In this document: one piece after another, positions 46,923 to 55,756 of the stretch
Layout of the letters: each line of letters begins with the position of its first letter
Position numbering within the stretch: position 1 is the first letter of the stretch
Translations under genes and position numbers: made by a program
Assembly (NCBI GenBank): GCA_023267885.1
Contig: JALNLB010000002.1
Span: forward strand, 44,334 to 108,333
Source: Candidatus Terraquivivens ruidianensis
GTDB lineage: Archaea > Thermoproteota > Nitrososphaeria_A > Caldarchaeales > Wolframiiraptoraceae
Length of the DNA: 64,000 nucleotides
Reading direction: 5' to 3'
Notes under the pieces: generated by a model
Seen by the model: only the letters and a program-made list of their open reading frames with translations
The model's database searches: none
What the model was told of the DNA's origin: nothing

Positions 46923-48239
46923 TTGTCGCCCATTGAAGTTTTCACAAATCTAAGCGAGCATTATGAGCATGCGTATCTTATAGAGTTTGCAAATTCGAGG
47001 CATAGGACTGCTCGACAATGCTTAGTAGGCTTTGACCCTCTAAAGACTATCATACTCAAGGATGGCGAGTGCGTTATTAAATCGCCCGAAGATAGACTAT
47101 ACAAAATAACGTTTGAGCCTTTGCAAACCCTAAGAGAAGTCATAGGCCCAATACACCGCGATAATACGAGGCTAAGTTTTGCTGGGGGTGCTGTCGGCTA
47201 CATATCCTATGATTTGGTCAGGTACTTAGAAAAGTTGCCTCAGAAAACCATCGACGATTATGAATTTCCAGATATGGAGTTCGGAGTATACCATGACGGA
47301 TTATTATTCGATAAAAGGGACGGAAGGGTATACTACTATTATCTTGGAAAGGATAGGTTTGATGAGGTTGCACGTTTACTCGTGAAAAGACCTGCCCAGC
47401 AATTCCTTTCGCATACAGAGCTTAAACCCGACGTCAAAAAGGAATGGTTCATGCATATGGTAGAGACTGCTAAAGAATATATAACTAATGGTGATGTGTT
47501 CCAAGTTGTCCTGTCAAAGAAATATAGGTTTAACGTTGAAGGTAACGTTGTGGCGTTTTATTCGGTGTTACGTAGGCTCAACCCCTCTCCATATATGTAC
47601 ATCTTAAAGATGGGCAAGAGATACGTTGTTGGCTCTAGTCCAGAGGCGCTCGTTAAGGTCCATGACAATTTCGTCGAAACTCTGCCTATCGCTGGCACGA
47701 GACCGCGAGGAAATGACAGAATGTTAAGAAAGGATTTGCTTAGCGACCCGAAGGAGCTCGCGGAGCACATGATGCTCGTCGACCTTGCGAGGAATGACTT
47801 GGGCAAGGTTTCAAAATTCGGTAGCGTGCGGGTCTCGGAGCTGAAGAGAGTCTACGAATACAGTCACGTGCTGCACATAGTTTCAAGGGTCGTCGGCGAA
47901 CTAAGGGAAGGCTGTGATTGCTACGATGCGCTTAGGGCTGTGTTTCCAGCGGGCACGGTAACGGGAGCACCAAAGGTTAGGGCGATGGAAATCATAGAGG
48001 AGTTGGAGCCTACGAGGAGGGGGCCATACGCTGGCTCGATAGGCTATGTATCCTTCAACGGCGACTCTAGCTTTGCGATAACGATTAGGACAATGTTCGT
48101 TAATGATGGTAGAGCTTGCATTCAAGCAGGTGCAGGTATAGTCGCAGAGTCGAAAGCGGAAAACGAATGGATGGAAACTGAGTACAAGCTTGCTCCGCTT
48201 ATGGATGCATTGAAGATATCCAGCGGTGAAGGAAGATGA
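46923..48239 (+). CDS. trpE: Anthranilate synthase component I
   Basis: Motifs [31 protein letters not shown] and [10 protein letters not shown]. The start codon is TTG. Confidence 0.95.
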   Translation: MSPIEVFTNLSEHYEHAYLIEFANSRHRTARQCLVGFDPLKTIILKDGECVIKSPEDRLYKITFEPLQTLREVIGPIHRDNTRLSFAGGAVGYISYDLVRYLEKLPQKTIDDYEFPDMEFGVYHDGLLFDKRDGRVYYYYLGKDRFDEVARLLVKRPAQQFLSHTELKPDVKKEWFMHMVETAKEYITNGDVFQVVLSKKYRFNVEGNVVAFYSVLRRLNPSPYMYILKMGKRYVVGSSPEALVKVHDNFVETLPIAGTRPRGNDRMLRKDLLSDPKELAEHMMLVDLARNDLGKVSKFGSVRVSELKRVYEYSHVLHIVSRVVGELREGCDCYDALRAVFPAGTVTGAPKVRAMEIIEELEPTRRGPYAGSIGYVSFNGDSSFAITIRTMFVNDGRACIQAGAGIVAESKAENEWMETEYKLAPLMDALKISSGEGR

Positions 48240-48817
48240 AGGTTCTTATCATAGATAACTACGATTCATTCGTTTACAACCTGGTCCAGTACATCGGCGA
48301 ATTGGGCAGCAGACCCATTGTGTACAGAAACGATGAAATAACTTTAGAGCGTGCTAGAATGCTGGAGCCTGATAGGATAATCGTATCACCAGGCCCTGGA
48401 CATCCCCAAGACCCGAAGTACGTCGGTTCATGTATCAAGATAATCAAAGAGCTAGGCCCTAAGATACCTACGCTCGGCGTTTGCTTAGGACATCAGAGCA
48501 TAATCTACGCTTTTGGTGGTAAAATCGTAAGGGCAAAAAGGCTCATGCATGGAAAGACCAGCCTTATCAAGCACGATGGCATGGGTCTGTTCAGAAACGT
48601 CAGTAACCCTCTAAAGGTTGCCCGATACCACTCCCTCTGCGGGGATAAAGAGTCCCTGCCCCCATGCCTCATAATTACGGCTGAATCGATTGATGACTAT
48701 GAAATCATGGGCGTTCGTCACGTAGAGTATCCCATAGAGGGCGTGCAGTTCCATCCCGAGTCTGTGATGAGTGAGGAAGGCAAGAAGATTCTGAAGAACT
48801 TCTTGGATGGTTTTTGA
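48236..48817 (+). CDS. trpG: Anthranilate synthase component II (glutamine amidotransferase)
   Basis: GVCLGHQ nucleophile elbow and the FHPES His/Glu pair. ATGA overlap with trpE. Confidence 0.95.
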   Translation: MKVLIIDNYDSFVYNLVQYIGELGSRPIVYRNDEITLERARMLEPDRIIVSPGPGHPQDPKYVGSCIKIIKELGPKIPTLGVCLGHQSIIYAFGGKIVRAKRLMHGKTSLIKHDGMGLFRNVSNPLKVARYHSLCGDKESLPPCLIITAESIDDYEIMGVRHVEYPIEGVQFHPESVMSEEGKKILKNFLDGF

Positions 48818-49868
48818 TATGTTTGTAGAAATTCTTAGGAAGCTCGTTGAAGGTTACGACTTACGCTACGATGAAGCTGAGGGCGCTATGAGGTACATAA
48901 TGGAGGGCAACGTTACTAACGCTCAGCTCGCAAGCTTTTTGACCGCCTTAAGGATAAAGGGTGAGACGACCATAGAGCTTACGGCTTTCGTAAAGGTTAT
49001 GAAAGAATACTGTTGTAAGGTTAGACCTAAGATAAATGGAAGGCTTATAGATGTATGCGGAACTGGTAGCGATAGAATCAAAACCTTCAACATAAGCACG
49101 CTTGCGGCATTCGTGGTTGCTGGAGCAGGCGTCAAGGTAGCGAAGCATGGGAACAGGGCAGTATCTGGAAAGTGCGGCAGCGCCGATCTGCTCGAAATGT
49201 TTGGCTTAAGACTTGAGCAGGAGCCCAAATCGGTCGAAAGGGCTATCGAGGAGGTTGGCATAGGCTTCATGTATGCCCCGTATTTCCACCCGGCCATGAA
49301 GAACGCTCAGCAGGTAAGGAAGGAGATAGGGATAGGGACCGTGTTCAACCTTATCGGGCCGCTCGCTAACCCAGCTGACGTAAATGCTCAGCTCTTGGGT
49401 ATGTACGATGGTAAGATGGTAAGCACGTTGGTATATGTGATGATGAACTTAGGATGCGAGGAGGCCTTTGTCGTACACGGTCTTGACGGTTTGGATGAGG
49501 TATCAATAATAGGTAAAACAAGGGTCGCATGGTTAAGGGATAAGGATGTCAGGATGCTCGAGTTGATGCCAAGAGATTTCGGTGTCGAGTCCTGCAGACA
49601 GGAAGACCTAGAAATCAAAACACGGGAGGAGGCGGTACAGGTAGCTTTCATGGTTCTAAACGGCAACAGCGGTCCTAAAAAGAATGCTGTTTTAGTTAAC
49701 GCTGCTTTGGGCATGATCTTAGGAGGGCTGGCGGACAACTTTCTGGAAGGTATGGAGCAGGCGAAGGAATCTTTGGACAGTGGTAGGGCATACAAAAAGT
49801 TAAAAGAGTTAGTGAAGCTCAGCGGTGACCCATCCAAGCTCGAAAGTGTGGAGGAGATGTATGGCTAA
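48807..49868 (+). CDS. trpD: Anthranilate phosphoribosyltransferase
   Basis: GTGSDRIKTFNISTLAAFVVAGAGVKVAKHGNRAVSGKCGSADLLE. Confidence 0.95.
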   Translation: MVFDMFVEILRKLVEGYDLRYDEAEGAMRYIMEGNVTNAQLASFLTALRIKGETTIELTAFVKVMKEYCCKVRPKINGRLIDVCGTGSDRIKTFNISTLAAFVVAGAGVKVAKHGNRAVSGKCGSADLLEMFGLRLEQEPKSVERAIEEVGIGFMYAPYFHPAMKNAQQVRKEIGIGTVFNLIGPLANPADVNAQLLGMYDGKMVSTLVYVMMNLGCEEAFVVHGLDGLDEVSIIGKTRVAWLRDKDVRMLELMPRDFGVESCRQEDLEIKTREEAVQVAFMVLNGNSGPKKNAVLVNAALGMILGGLADNFLEGMEQAKESLDSGRAYKKLKELVKLSGDPSKLESVEEMYG

Positions 49869-50655
49869 CTTCCTTAAAGTTTTGGTCGAAAAGGCTATCG
49901 ACCATGCGAAGAGTGGTTACTATGATGTATCTTCTTCGGCAATATTTTCAAGATCTCAGAGTTTGAAGGATGCGATACTCGCTTGCAAGACCGTTCCCAT
50001 CATAGCTGAACTGAAGCAGGCATCACCGACCATGGGAAAGCATGTTCATGGAGATGTCAAAGCCATGGCTAAGGCTATGGAACGCGGTGGAGCCATAGGC
50101 ATATCGGTTTTGACGGAGCGTGAGTTCTTTGATGGCTCGTTAGAGAAGTTAAGGGTTGTCAGAGAAACCGTCAGCATACCTATACTTATGAAAGACATAA
50201 TTGTTAGCGTCGTGCAACTGGAGGCGGCATCGAAGCTAGGAGCGAGCGCGGTCCTCTTAATCAAGAAAGTTTACGACCAAAGAATGTGTGAGGAAAATTT
50301 AGATGACATGATAAAAACGGCTCACTCGTTAGGTCTCGAGGTACTTTTAGAGACGCATACCGAAGAAGAGTTTCTTTCGGGCATGGATACGGAGGCGGAC
50401 GTTCTAGGGATAAACAACCGTGACTTGGAGACGCTAAAGGTCGACCTTGGTGTTTCTGAACGCATACTTACAAACGTAAAAGTCAAGCGTAAACCGATTG
50501 TATGCGAGAGTGGCATAAACAGCCCTGCCCAGGTTATTCTCCTGAAAAATCTTGGCGCGGACGCTTTCTTGGTCGGGACGTTCATAATGACGTCCACGGA
50601 TATCGAGGGAAGCGTAAGGGAGCTTGTGAGGGCTTATGACGTATGTCAGGGTTAA
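49861..50655 (+). CDS. trpC: Indole-3-glycerol-phosphate synthase
   Basis: IAELKQASPTMG, ISVLTE and GINNRDL. The start is taken at ATG 49861, which overlaps the trpD stop by 8 nt. Confidence 0.9.
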   Translation: MANFLKVLVEKAIDHAKSGYYDVSSSAIFSRSQSLKDAILACKTVPIIAELKQASPTMGKHVHGDVKAMAKAMERGGAIGISVLTEREFFDGSLEKLRVVRETVSIPILMKDIIVSVVQLEAASKLGASAVLLIKKVYDQRMCEENLDDMIKTAHSLGLEVLLETHTEEEFLSGMDTEADVLGINNRDLETLKVDLGVSERILTNVKVKRKPIVCESGINSPAQVILLKNLGADAFLVGTFIMTSTDIEGSVRELVRAYDVCQG

Positions 50656-51280
50656 AATCTGCGGCATAACGCGCGAGCAAGACTTAGCGGATGCTGTTGA
50701 TGCTGGTGCTGATGCTGTGGGGTTCGTCGTGGCCTCGCCACTCTCGCCGAGAAATTTGACCTATGAAAGGGCTAAGGAGTTAATAAAGAAGGTGCCCGTG
50801 TTCGTGGATAGCGTGGTAGTAACTGTTATGGCGGATGTTGACGAGCTACTCAGAGTTTGTAATCTGCTTAGACCTTCTGCGCTACAGATACACAGTAACA
50901 ATCTTTTGAATGCTGAAAAATTGCGGGATACGTTCCCTGACATTAAGTTAATAAAGGCGATTAACGTCCGTGAAGTCTCTGATGTTGAATATTTGAAGGG
51001 TTCGCTCAACGAATTCGACGCCTTACTGCTCGATTCTCTCGCCGGAGGATACGGTGGTCAAGGTAAGGTCCACGACTGGAAGATAAGCAGAAGGGCCGTT
51101 GAGTATCTTTACCCTAAGCCCGTGATACTCGCTGGCGGTCTAACACCTGAAAATGTGGAGGATGCTGTACGGAGCGTGAGGCCTTATGCCGTCGACGTAT
51201 CATCTGGCGTAGAAACTAGTCCGGGGATAAAGGACAAAAAGAAGATTTTTGAATTCGTAAAGAATGCAAGGTGGCGTTGA
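50636..51280 (+). CDS. trpF: Phosphoribosylanthranilate isomerase
   Basis: VKICGIT, GADAVGFV, LAGGL and VDVSSGVE. Confidence 0.9.
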   Translation: MTYVRVKICGITREQDLADAVDAGADAVGFVVASPLSPRNLTYERAKELIKKVPVFVDSVVVTVMADVDELLRVCNLLRPSALQIHSNNLLNAEKLRDTFPDIKLIKAINVREVSDVEYLKGSLNEFDALLLDSLAGGYGGQGKVHDWKISRRAVEYLYPKPVILAGGLTPENVEDAVRSVRPYAVDVSSGVETSPGIKDKKKIFEFVKNARWR

Positions 51281-51286
51281 GGTCTG

Positions 51287-52054
51287 TTGAACATACAGGA
51301 AGTTACGAGAAAGAAGAAGTTTCTGATTGCTTACATGACTTTGGGGTATCCGACGCCTGACGCATTCATGGAATATTCTGACATACTAAAAAGTTCTGGT
51401 GCTGATATACTAGAGCTTGGCATACCACCGAAGATTGCTATCTATGATGGTACGAGCATAAGGCTATCTTACTGGAGGGTGAGGGAGCAGGGCATAGACA
51501 GGGATACGATGCTAGAAATCGCTGAAAGTGTTAGTGCAATAAAGATTCTTTTGTGCTATCTAAACACCGCCGGACGGTTGGCGGAGTTCATACACTCAGT
51601 CGCAAAGACTGGAGCTTCAGGTGCGCTCATACCGGATTTAGGCATGGTAGGTCCTGCGGCTTTAGAGGAATATACGAAAGCTTGCGATGCTGTACGTCTT
51701 GAAACGCTGTTCTTCGCAAACTATAATTATCCAGATAGCACGATCAAGATTATGGCGAGCTATAACCCTGCGTTCATCTATATCGGGCTATCCTCGATTA
51801 CAGGCGAGGTAGCTTACATAGAGCCAGTTAAGTCCATTACGAGGGCTAGGGGGTTAATCGGCGGCATACCTTTGGCGGCTGGTTTCGGTATAAGGGACTC
51901 ATCCTATGCGAAGACGTTAGCAAGTATGGTTGACGGAATAGTCGTAGGCAGCGAGCTCGTCAACATAATAGAAGAGAACGTCGCTACCGTCGCAAAGAGA
52001 AAGGTATCAGACTTTGTGATGTCGCTCAGGTCAGTTTTAGAGGATACATCCTAA
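51287..52054 (+). CDS. trpA: Tryptophan synthase alpha chain (divergent)
   Basis: AYMTLGYP, GADILELGIP and a C-terminal GFGI..VDGIVVGSELV. The loop that is normally FSDPxADGPxIQ reads PKIAIYDGTSIR. The start is TTG with GAGGT 5 nt upstream. Confidence 0.78.
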   Translation: MNIQEVTRKKKFLIAYMTLGYPTPDAFMEYSDILKSSGADILELGIPPKIAIYDGTSIRLSYWRVREQGIDRDTMLEIAESVSAIKILLCYLNTAGRLAEFIHSVAKTGASGALIPDLGMVGPAALEEYTKACDAVRLETLFFANYNYPDSTIKIMASYNPAFIYIGLSSITGEVAYIEPVKSITRARGLIGGIPLAAGFGIRDSSYAKTLASMVDGIVVGSELVNIIEENVATVAKRKVSDFVMSLRSVLEDTS

Positions 52055-52770
52055 AGCCTGATTCTCAAGAGCGCTTTGAGGGCCGCTCTTCCTGCCTTTT
52101 CAACATACGGCTTAAGGTACTCGGCATTTACCATAGGCGTCATCTCTGCCAAGTTATCGCTTATGAGAAGCACCGCACCCGTCTTGACACCGCGCAGCAT
52201 GCCTAAGCCGAACAATGTAGCACATTCCATCTCGACGGATATGTAGCCTTTGCTTGACCATCTCTTGACGAACTCGGGGTCCTCGGCGTAGAATGCATCG
52301 CTGGAGAACACGGGGCCGATGTGGTACGTCAGCCCCTCCTCCTTCGCGGTGTTCACCAGCTCATTCATCACATCAAAGCTAGGAACGGGCGTTATATGAG
52401 CGTCGGGTATGTACTGCATGAGTGTTCCTCCTAGGTATGCTGCTCCCGTTGGTATGACGACTTCGCCGACTTTCATTTGTTTTAGAAAAGCCCCTGTCGT
52501 GCCAAGCCTAACGACGACCTTTGCGCCCAGCATGACGAGCTCCTCGAACACTATCGCAGACGACGGACCACCAACCCCATGACAAGAAATCGTTACTGGC
52601 GTGCCGTTGAAATAACCCGTGTATGTCAAGAAACCACGGTTCTCGTTGACGAGCTTTGCCCTTTCTAACATTCTAGAGAGCTGAACGACCCTGGCCGGGT
52701 CTCCTGCGACCACGACTCTCTCCGCTACCTCGCCCTTCATGGTTTTAATATGCTGCGGCTGACCTATCAT
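52051..52770 (-). CDS. Nucleoside phosphorylase (PNP/UDP-1 family; purine/uridine/MTA phosphorylase)
   Basis: VVVAGDPARV, CHGVGGPS and VEMECATLF. Confidence 0.85.
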   Translation of the reverse strand: MIGQPQHIKTMKGEVAERVVVAGDPARVVQLSRMLERAKLVNENRGFLTYTGYFNGTPVTISCHGVGGPSSAIVFEELVMLGAKVVVRLGTTGAFLKQMKVGEVVIPTGAAYLGGTLMQYIPDAHITPVPSFDVMNELVNTAKEEGLTYHIGPVFSSDAFYAEDPEFVKRWSSKGYISVEMECATLFGLGMLRGVKTGAVLLISDNLAEMTPMVNAEYLKPYVEKAGRAALKALLRIRL

Positions 52771-52791
52771 GTCTATGTTTAATTGGATGGG

Positions 52792-52800
52792 TATATAAAA
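52792..52800 (-). promoter_or_regulatory. TATA box for the nucleoside phosphorylase gene
   Basis: The minus strand reads TTTTATATA, centred about 26 nt upstream of ATG 52770, which predicts a leaderless mRNA. Confidence 0.5.
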
Positions 52801-52939
52801 AATTCACTCGCGCATTTAACGTTGAGACGGAACGGTTTATAAAAGCTTTTGCGATGCGGCCATGATTTTTCTGCCTTGGAAGGAAACTCTTTAATAGACA
52901 CATTTTTAGAGTTAATATTTAGGAGACGGGTTAACCTAC

Positions 52940-53209
52940 ATGAGCATGATGCTGGCTGACATTGAAGAGGAACTAAAGTTCTGCCAAGCCTCCGTGGAGA
53001 GTGGGAGTAGGCTTGAACTCGTGGTAGAGGTTCTCCAAGAGATAAGCTCAAAGCTGGAGGACTTGATGTTCAAGCAAAAGCTTACGGAAAGCGAGCTCGA
53101 GTTGGCTAAGAGCCTTTATCAAAAAGCAAGGCTGCTGTTGCATAGGGCTCAGGCCGTACTTAGCATGAGGGACAAAGAGCAGGAGAAGTTTCTCCCGAAA
53201 AGGGTTTAA
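52940..53209 (+). CDS. Hypothetical small helical protein (89 aa)
   Basis: An ATG ORF in an otherwise empty gap with heptad-like Leu/Glu/Lys composition. I recognise no family. Confidence 0.4.
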   Translation: MSMMLADIEEELKFCQASVESGSRLELVVEVLQEISSKLEDLMFKQKLTESELELAKSLYQKARLLLHRAQAVLSMRDKEQEKFLPKRV

Positions 53210-53242
53210 AAATTTAATAAAGATTTTTTGGGATGCTGAGTG

Positions 53243-54691
53243 ATGGCCATGGAGGACCTTCTAAATTATGCCGTTGATTATGCCATGAGGATGGGCGCTT
53301 CTTACGCAGAGGTAAGATATCAGTCGGATTCTTTCGAGGAATTCACGCTAAGGAACGGCGTGTCCGAGGCGCCCGCTTTCGGTACGAGTAGGGGTCTATC
53401 CGTACGGGTCATCGTTTCTGGCTCTATGGGGTTTGCGTCAACAAACTTGACCAAAAAAGCAGACGTAAGGGACGTCGTTGGTAGGGCCATCACAGTCGCA
53501 AAAGCCTCATCAAAAGTTGTCAAGAACGCTATCAGAATGGTTGACGCGAAGTCCACGAGGGCAGAGTGTATAGTTAAACCCAGAGTAAAGCCCGAGTTCG
53601 TCGACCCCGATTCGAAGGTCGAGCTGCTTAAGGAGGTTGACGGGAGAAGCATCGCATCGGCTTCCCGCGGCGACGTAAAGTTTCCCATGAGGATGCTCAG
53701 CGTCGGCCACTGGATAGCCGAGAAGCATATAGTTACGTCTGAGGGGTCGAACGTCCATAGCCGCATACCAAGGGTCATGTTCTCCTACATGTTGACGGTG
53801 GCAAAGGCTGGAAAGGGAACGACTCAAAGATTCGAGAACATGGGCGAGTCCGGAGGCTGGGAAAGGGTTGAGAGATGGGTCCTTGATGAAAGGGTTCCGG
53901 AGGAGGTGGGCAAGCTCGCTAAAATTCTGACGGAGGCTGTAGAGCCACCTACGGACACGCTCGACGTCGTGCTAGGGCCTGAGCTTGTGGGAATAATATG
54001 TCACGAGTCTGCTGGACATCCTTTAGAAGCTGATAGGGTCTTAGGAAGGGAGGCAGCGCAGGGTGGCGAGACCTACGTAACCCGGGAGCTTATTGGCGAA
54101 TACATAGGTTCGGAGCACGTTACCATCGTAGACGATCCGAGACTGCCGAACTCCTTTGGCTACTACCTTTATGATGACGAGTGCGTCGAGGCTAGGGAGA
54201 GGGTACTCATCGATAGGGGGAAGATAAACGAGCTACTGCATAACAGGGAGACCGCCGCTGAGTTTGACACGTTAAGCAACGGTTCCTCGAGGGCGAGCTT
54301 TTACGGCGTCGAGCCCATAGTACGTATGGCTAATACTTACATGAGACCTGGTGACTACTCGCTCGAGGAGTTGATAGAAGGTGTAAGGTACGGCGTCTAC
54401 ATAAGCTCTTACATGGAGTGGAACATCGATGATAGGAGATGGAACCAAAGGTACGTCGGGTTGGAGGCATACCTGATAAAGAACGGCAGACTCGAGTCCA
54501 TGCTAAGAAACCCAACCATCGAGCTGACGACGAAGGGCCTTTATTCGTCCGTCGACGCCGTCGGTAAGGATATTAGGTTTTACGCAGGGTATTGTGGCAA
54601 GAGCGAGCCCATGCAGAGCATGCCGGTTTGGTTCGGCGGTCCGGCCATAAGGCTCAGGGGCATAAGGCTCGGCAGATCGCCCGTTTCTTAA
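53243..54691 (+). CDS. tldD: TldD-family metalloprotease
   Basis: HESAGHPLEADR (HExxxH) and a length of about 480 aa. Either ATG 53243 or GTG 53240 could be the start. Confidence 0.88.
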   Translation: MAMEDLLNYAVDYAMRMGASYAEVRYQSDSFEEFTLRNGVSEAPAFGTSRGLSVRVIVSGSMGFASTNLTKKADVRDVVGRAITVAKASSKVVKNAIRMVDAKSTRAECIVKPRVKPEFVDPDSKVELLKEVDGRSIASASRGDVKFPMRMLSVGHWIAEKHIVTSEGSNVHSRIPRVMFSYMLTVAKAGKGTTQRFENMGESGGWERVERWVLDERVPEEVGKLAKILTEAVEPPTDTLDVVLGPELVGIICHESAGHPLEADRVLGREAAQGGETYVTRELIGEYIGSEHVTIVDDPRLPNSFGYYLYDDECVEARERVLIDRGKINELLHNRETAAEFDTLSNGSSRASFYGVEPIVRMANTYMRPGDYSLEELIEGVRYGVYISSYMEWNIDDRRWNQRYVGLEAYLIKNGRLESMLRNPTIELTTKGLYSSVDAVGKDIRFYAGYCGKSEPMQSMPVWFGGPAIRLRGIRLGRSPVS

Positions 54692-54693
54692 GG

Positions 54694-54701
54694 TTTAAAT
54701 A
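54694..54701 (+). promoter_or_regulatory. TATA box upstream of the AsnRS-like gene
   Basis: Consensus-like TTTAAATA lies 3 nt after the tldD stop and predicts a TSS near 54723. Confidence 0.4.
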
Positions 54702-54715
54702 ACGCCCGAGCATAT

Positions 54716-55756
54716 ATTGGAAAGGGTTCTCTGACAGAAAAAACAAAGTCCAGAGCCTCGGATAAGAGCCTACTTAAGACTCTTAAAAATCGTTGGCTTC
54801 TTTTCAAAAGACCCGAGTTTACTGCTCTGGCCAAGGTAGAGGCCGCGCTGCTAAGGGGCGCTAGGAGATACTTTGAGAGCCAAGGCTTCAACGAGGTCGT
54901 CGTGCCCCACATAACGAAAGCAACCGGCGCTTGCGAGAACATGGCGACGATGTTTGAGCTCGACTACTTTGGCAGGAAGGCGTACCTTTCCCAGACTGGT
55001 CAACTGTATTTAGAGGCTTTAGTGCCCTCCTTAGAGAAGGTTTGGTGCGTGATACATAGCTTCAGGGCTGAGCCAGACGTTGACGAGAGACATTTGACGG
55101 AGTTCACACTGGTGGAGTTCGAGTTTCTCGGAAACCTTGAGCGGCTCCTCGAACACATCGAAAACACGATAGCAAGCATGGTAAGCGAGGTCAAGCTTAG
55201 GTGTAGCGATTCGTTGGACATGCTCGGCATAGATGACGATGCGTTCGAGAAGGCCAAACCTCCGTACGTCAGGTTAACCTACACGAAAGCCGTCGAGCTA
55301 CTCGGAGACCTTGGAGTTAAATGGGGCGACGACTTGAAGAGCTGGCACGAGAAGGAGCTCGTCAGAATGCTCGGCGATAGGCCTGTGTTAGTGACGCACT
55401 ATCCCAAGGCCATAAAGTTCTTCAACATGCGGCAGAACGATTATGACCCCTATATCGTAAACAGCGTGGACCTACTCCTTCCGCACAGCGGTGAGGCTGT
55501 TGGTGGTGCAGAAAGGGAACATGAGTACGAGAGGCTGAGGCAAAGGTTGATGGAGTCGACGATGCTCAAGCAGTTATTAGAAAAGGGTGGCGACGTGAGC
55601 GACTTCGATTGGTACCTCGAGGTGTACAGGAATCAAGGAGGCAAACTTCACTCCGGAGCCGGTATAGGCCTTAATAGGGTGACGCAGTTCGTCCTCAGCG
55701 TAGACGATATAAGGGCCTCGACTCTGTATCCTATGAACAAAGAGATGGTGTACTGA
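54716..55756 (+). CDS. Class II aaRS catalytic-core paralog (AsnRS-like / archaeal asparagine synthetase A-like), 5' boundary unresolved
   Basis: Motif 1 region RRYFESQGFNEVVVPHI, motif 2 FRAEPDVDERHLTEFTLVEFEF and motif 3 HSGAGIGLNRV. There is no anticodon-binding domain. The conserved sequence extends upstream of the first canonical start (GTG 54902), to the in-frame stop at 54689. The 54716 start (ATT) is a placeholder. Confidence 0.7.
   Translation: MGKGSLTEKTKSRASDKSLLKTLKNRWLLFKRPEFTALAKVEAALLRGARRYFESQGFNEVVVPHITKATGACENMATMFELDYFGRKAYLSQTGQLYLEALVPSLEKVWCVIHSFRAEPDVDERHLTEFTLVEFEFLGNLERLLEHIENTIASMVSEVKLRCSDSLDMLGIDDDAFEKAKPPYVRLTYTKAVELLGDLGVKWGDDLKSWHEKELVRMLGDRPVLVTHYPKAIKFFNMRQNDYDPYIVNSVDLLLPHSGEAVGGAEREHEYERLRQRLMESTMLKQLLEKGGDVSDFDWYLEVYRNQGGKLHSGAGIGLNRVTQFVLSVDDIRASTLYPMNKEMVY

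Noticed and set aside
54689-54691. Stop-codon read-through producing a TldD-AsnRS-like fusion (the two ORFs are in the same frame)
   Set aside because: Frame identity has a 1 in 3 chance. A consensus TATA box sits immediately after the TAA, which argues for a separate transcript. The 3-nt spacing gives no read-through context that I recognise.
54902-54904. GTG 54902 as the true start of the AsnRS-like gene, as in the ORF track
   Set aside because: It would begin the protein inside class II motif 1 and discard about 60 upstream codons that clearly resemble the aaRS catalytic-domain entry.
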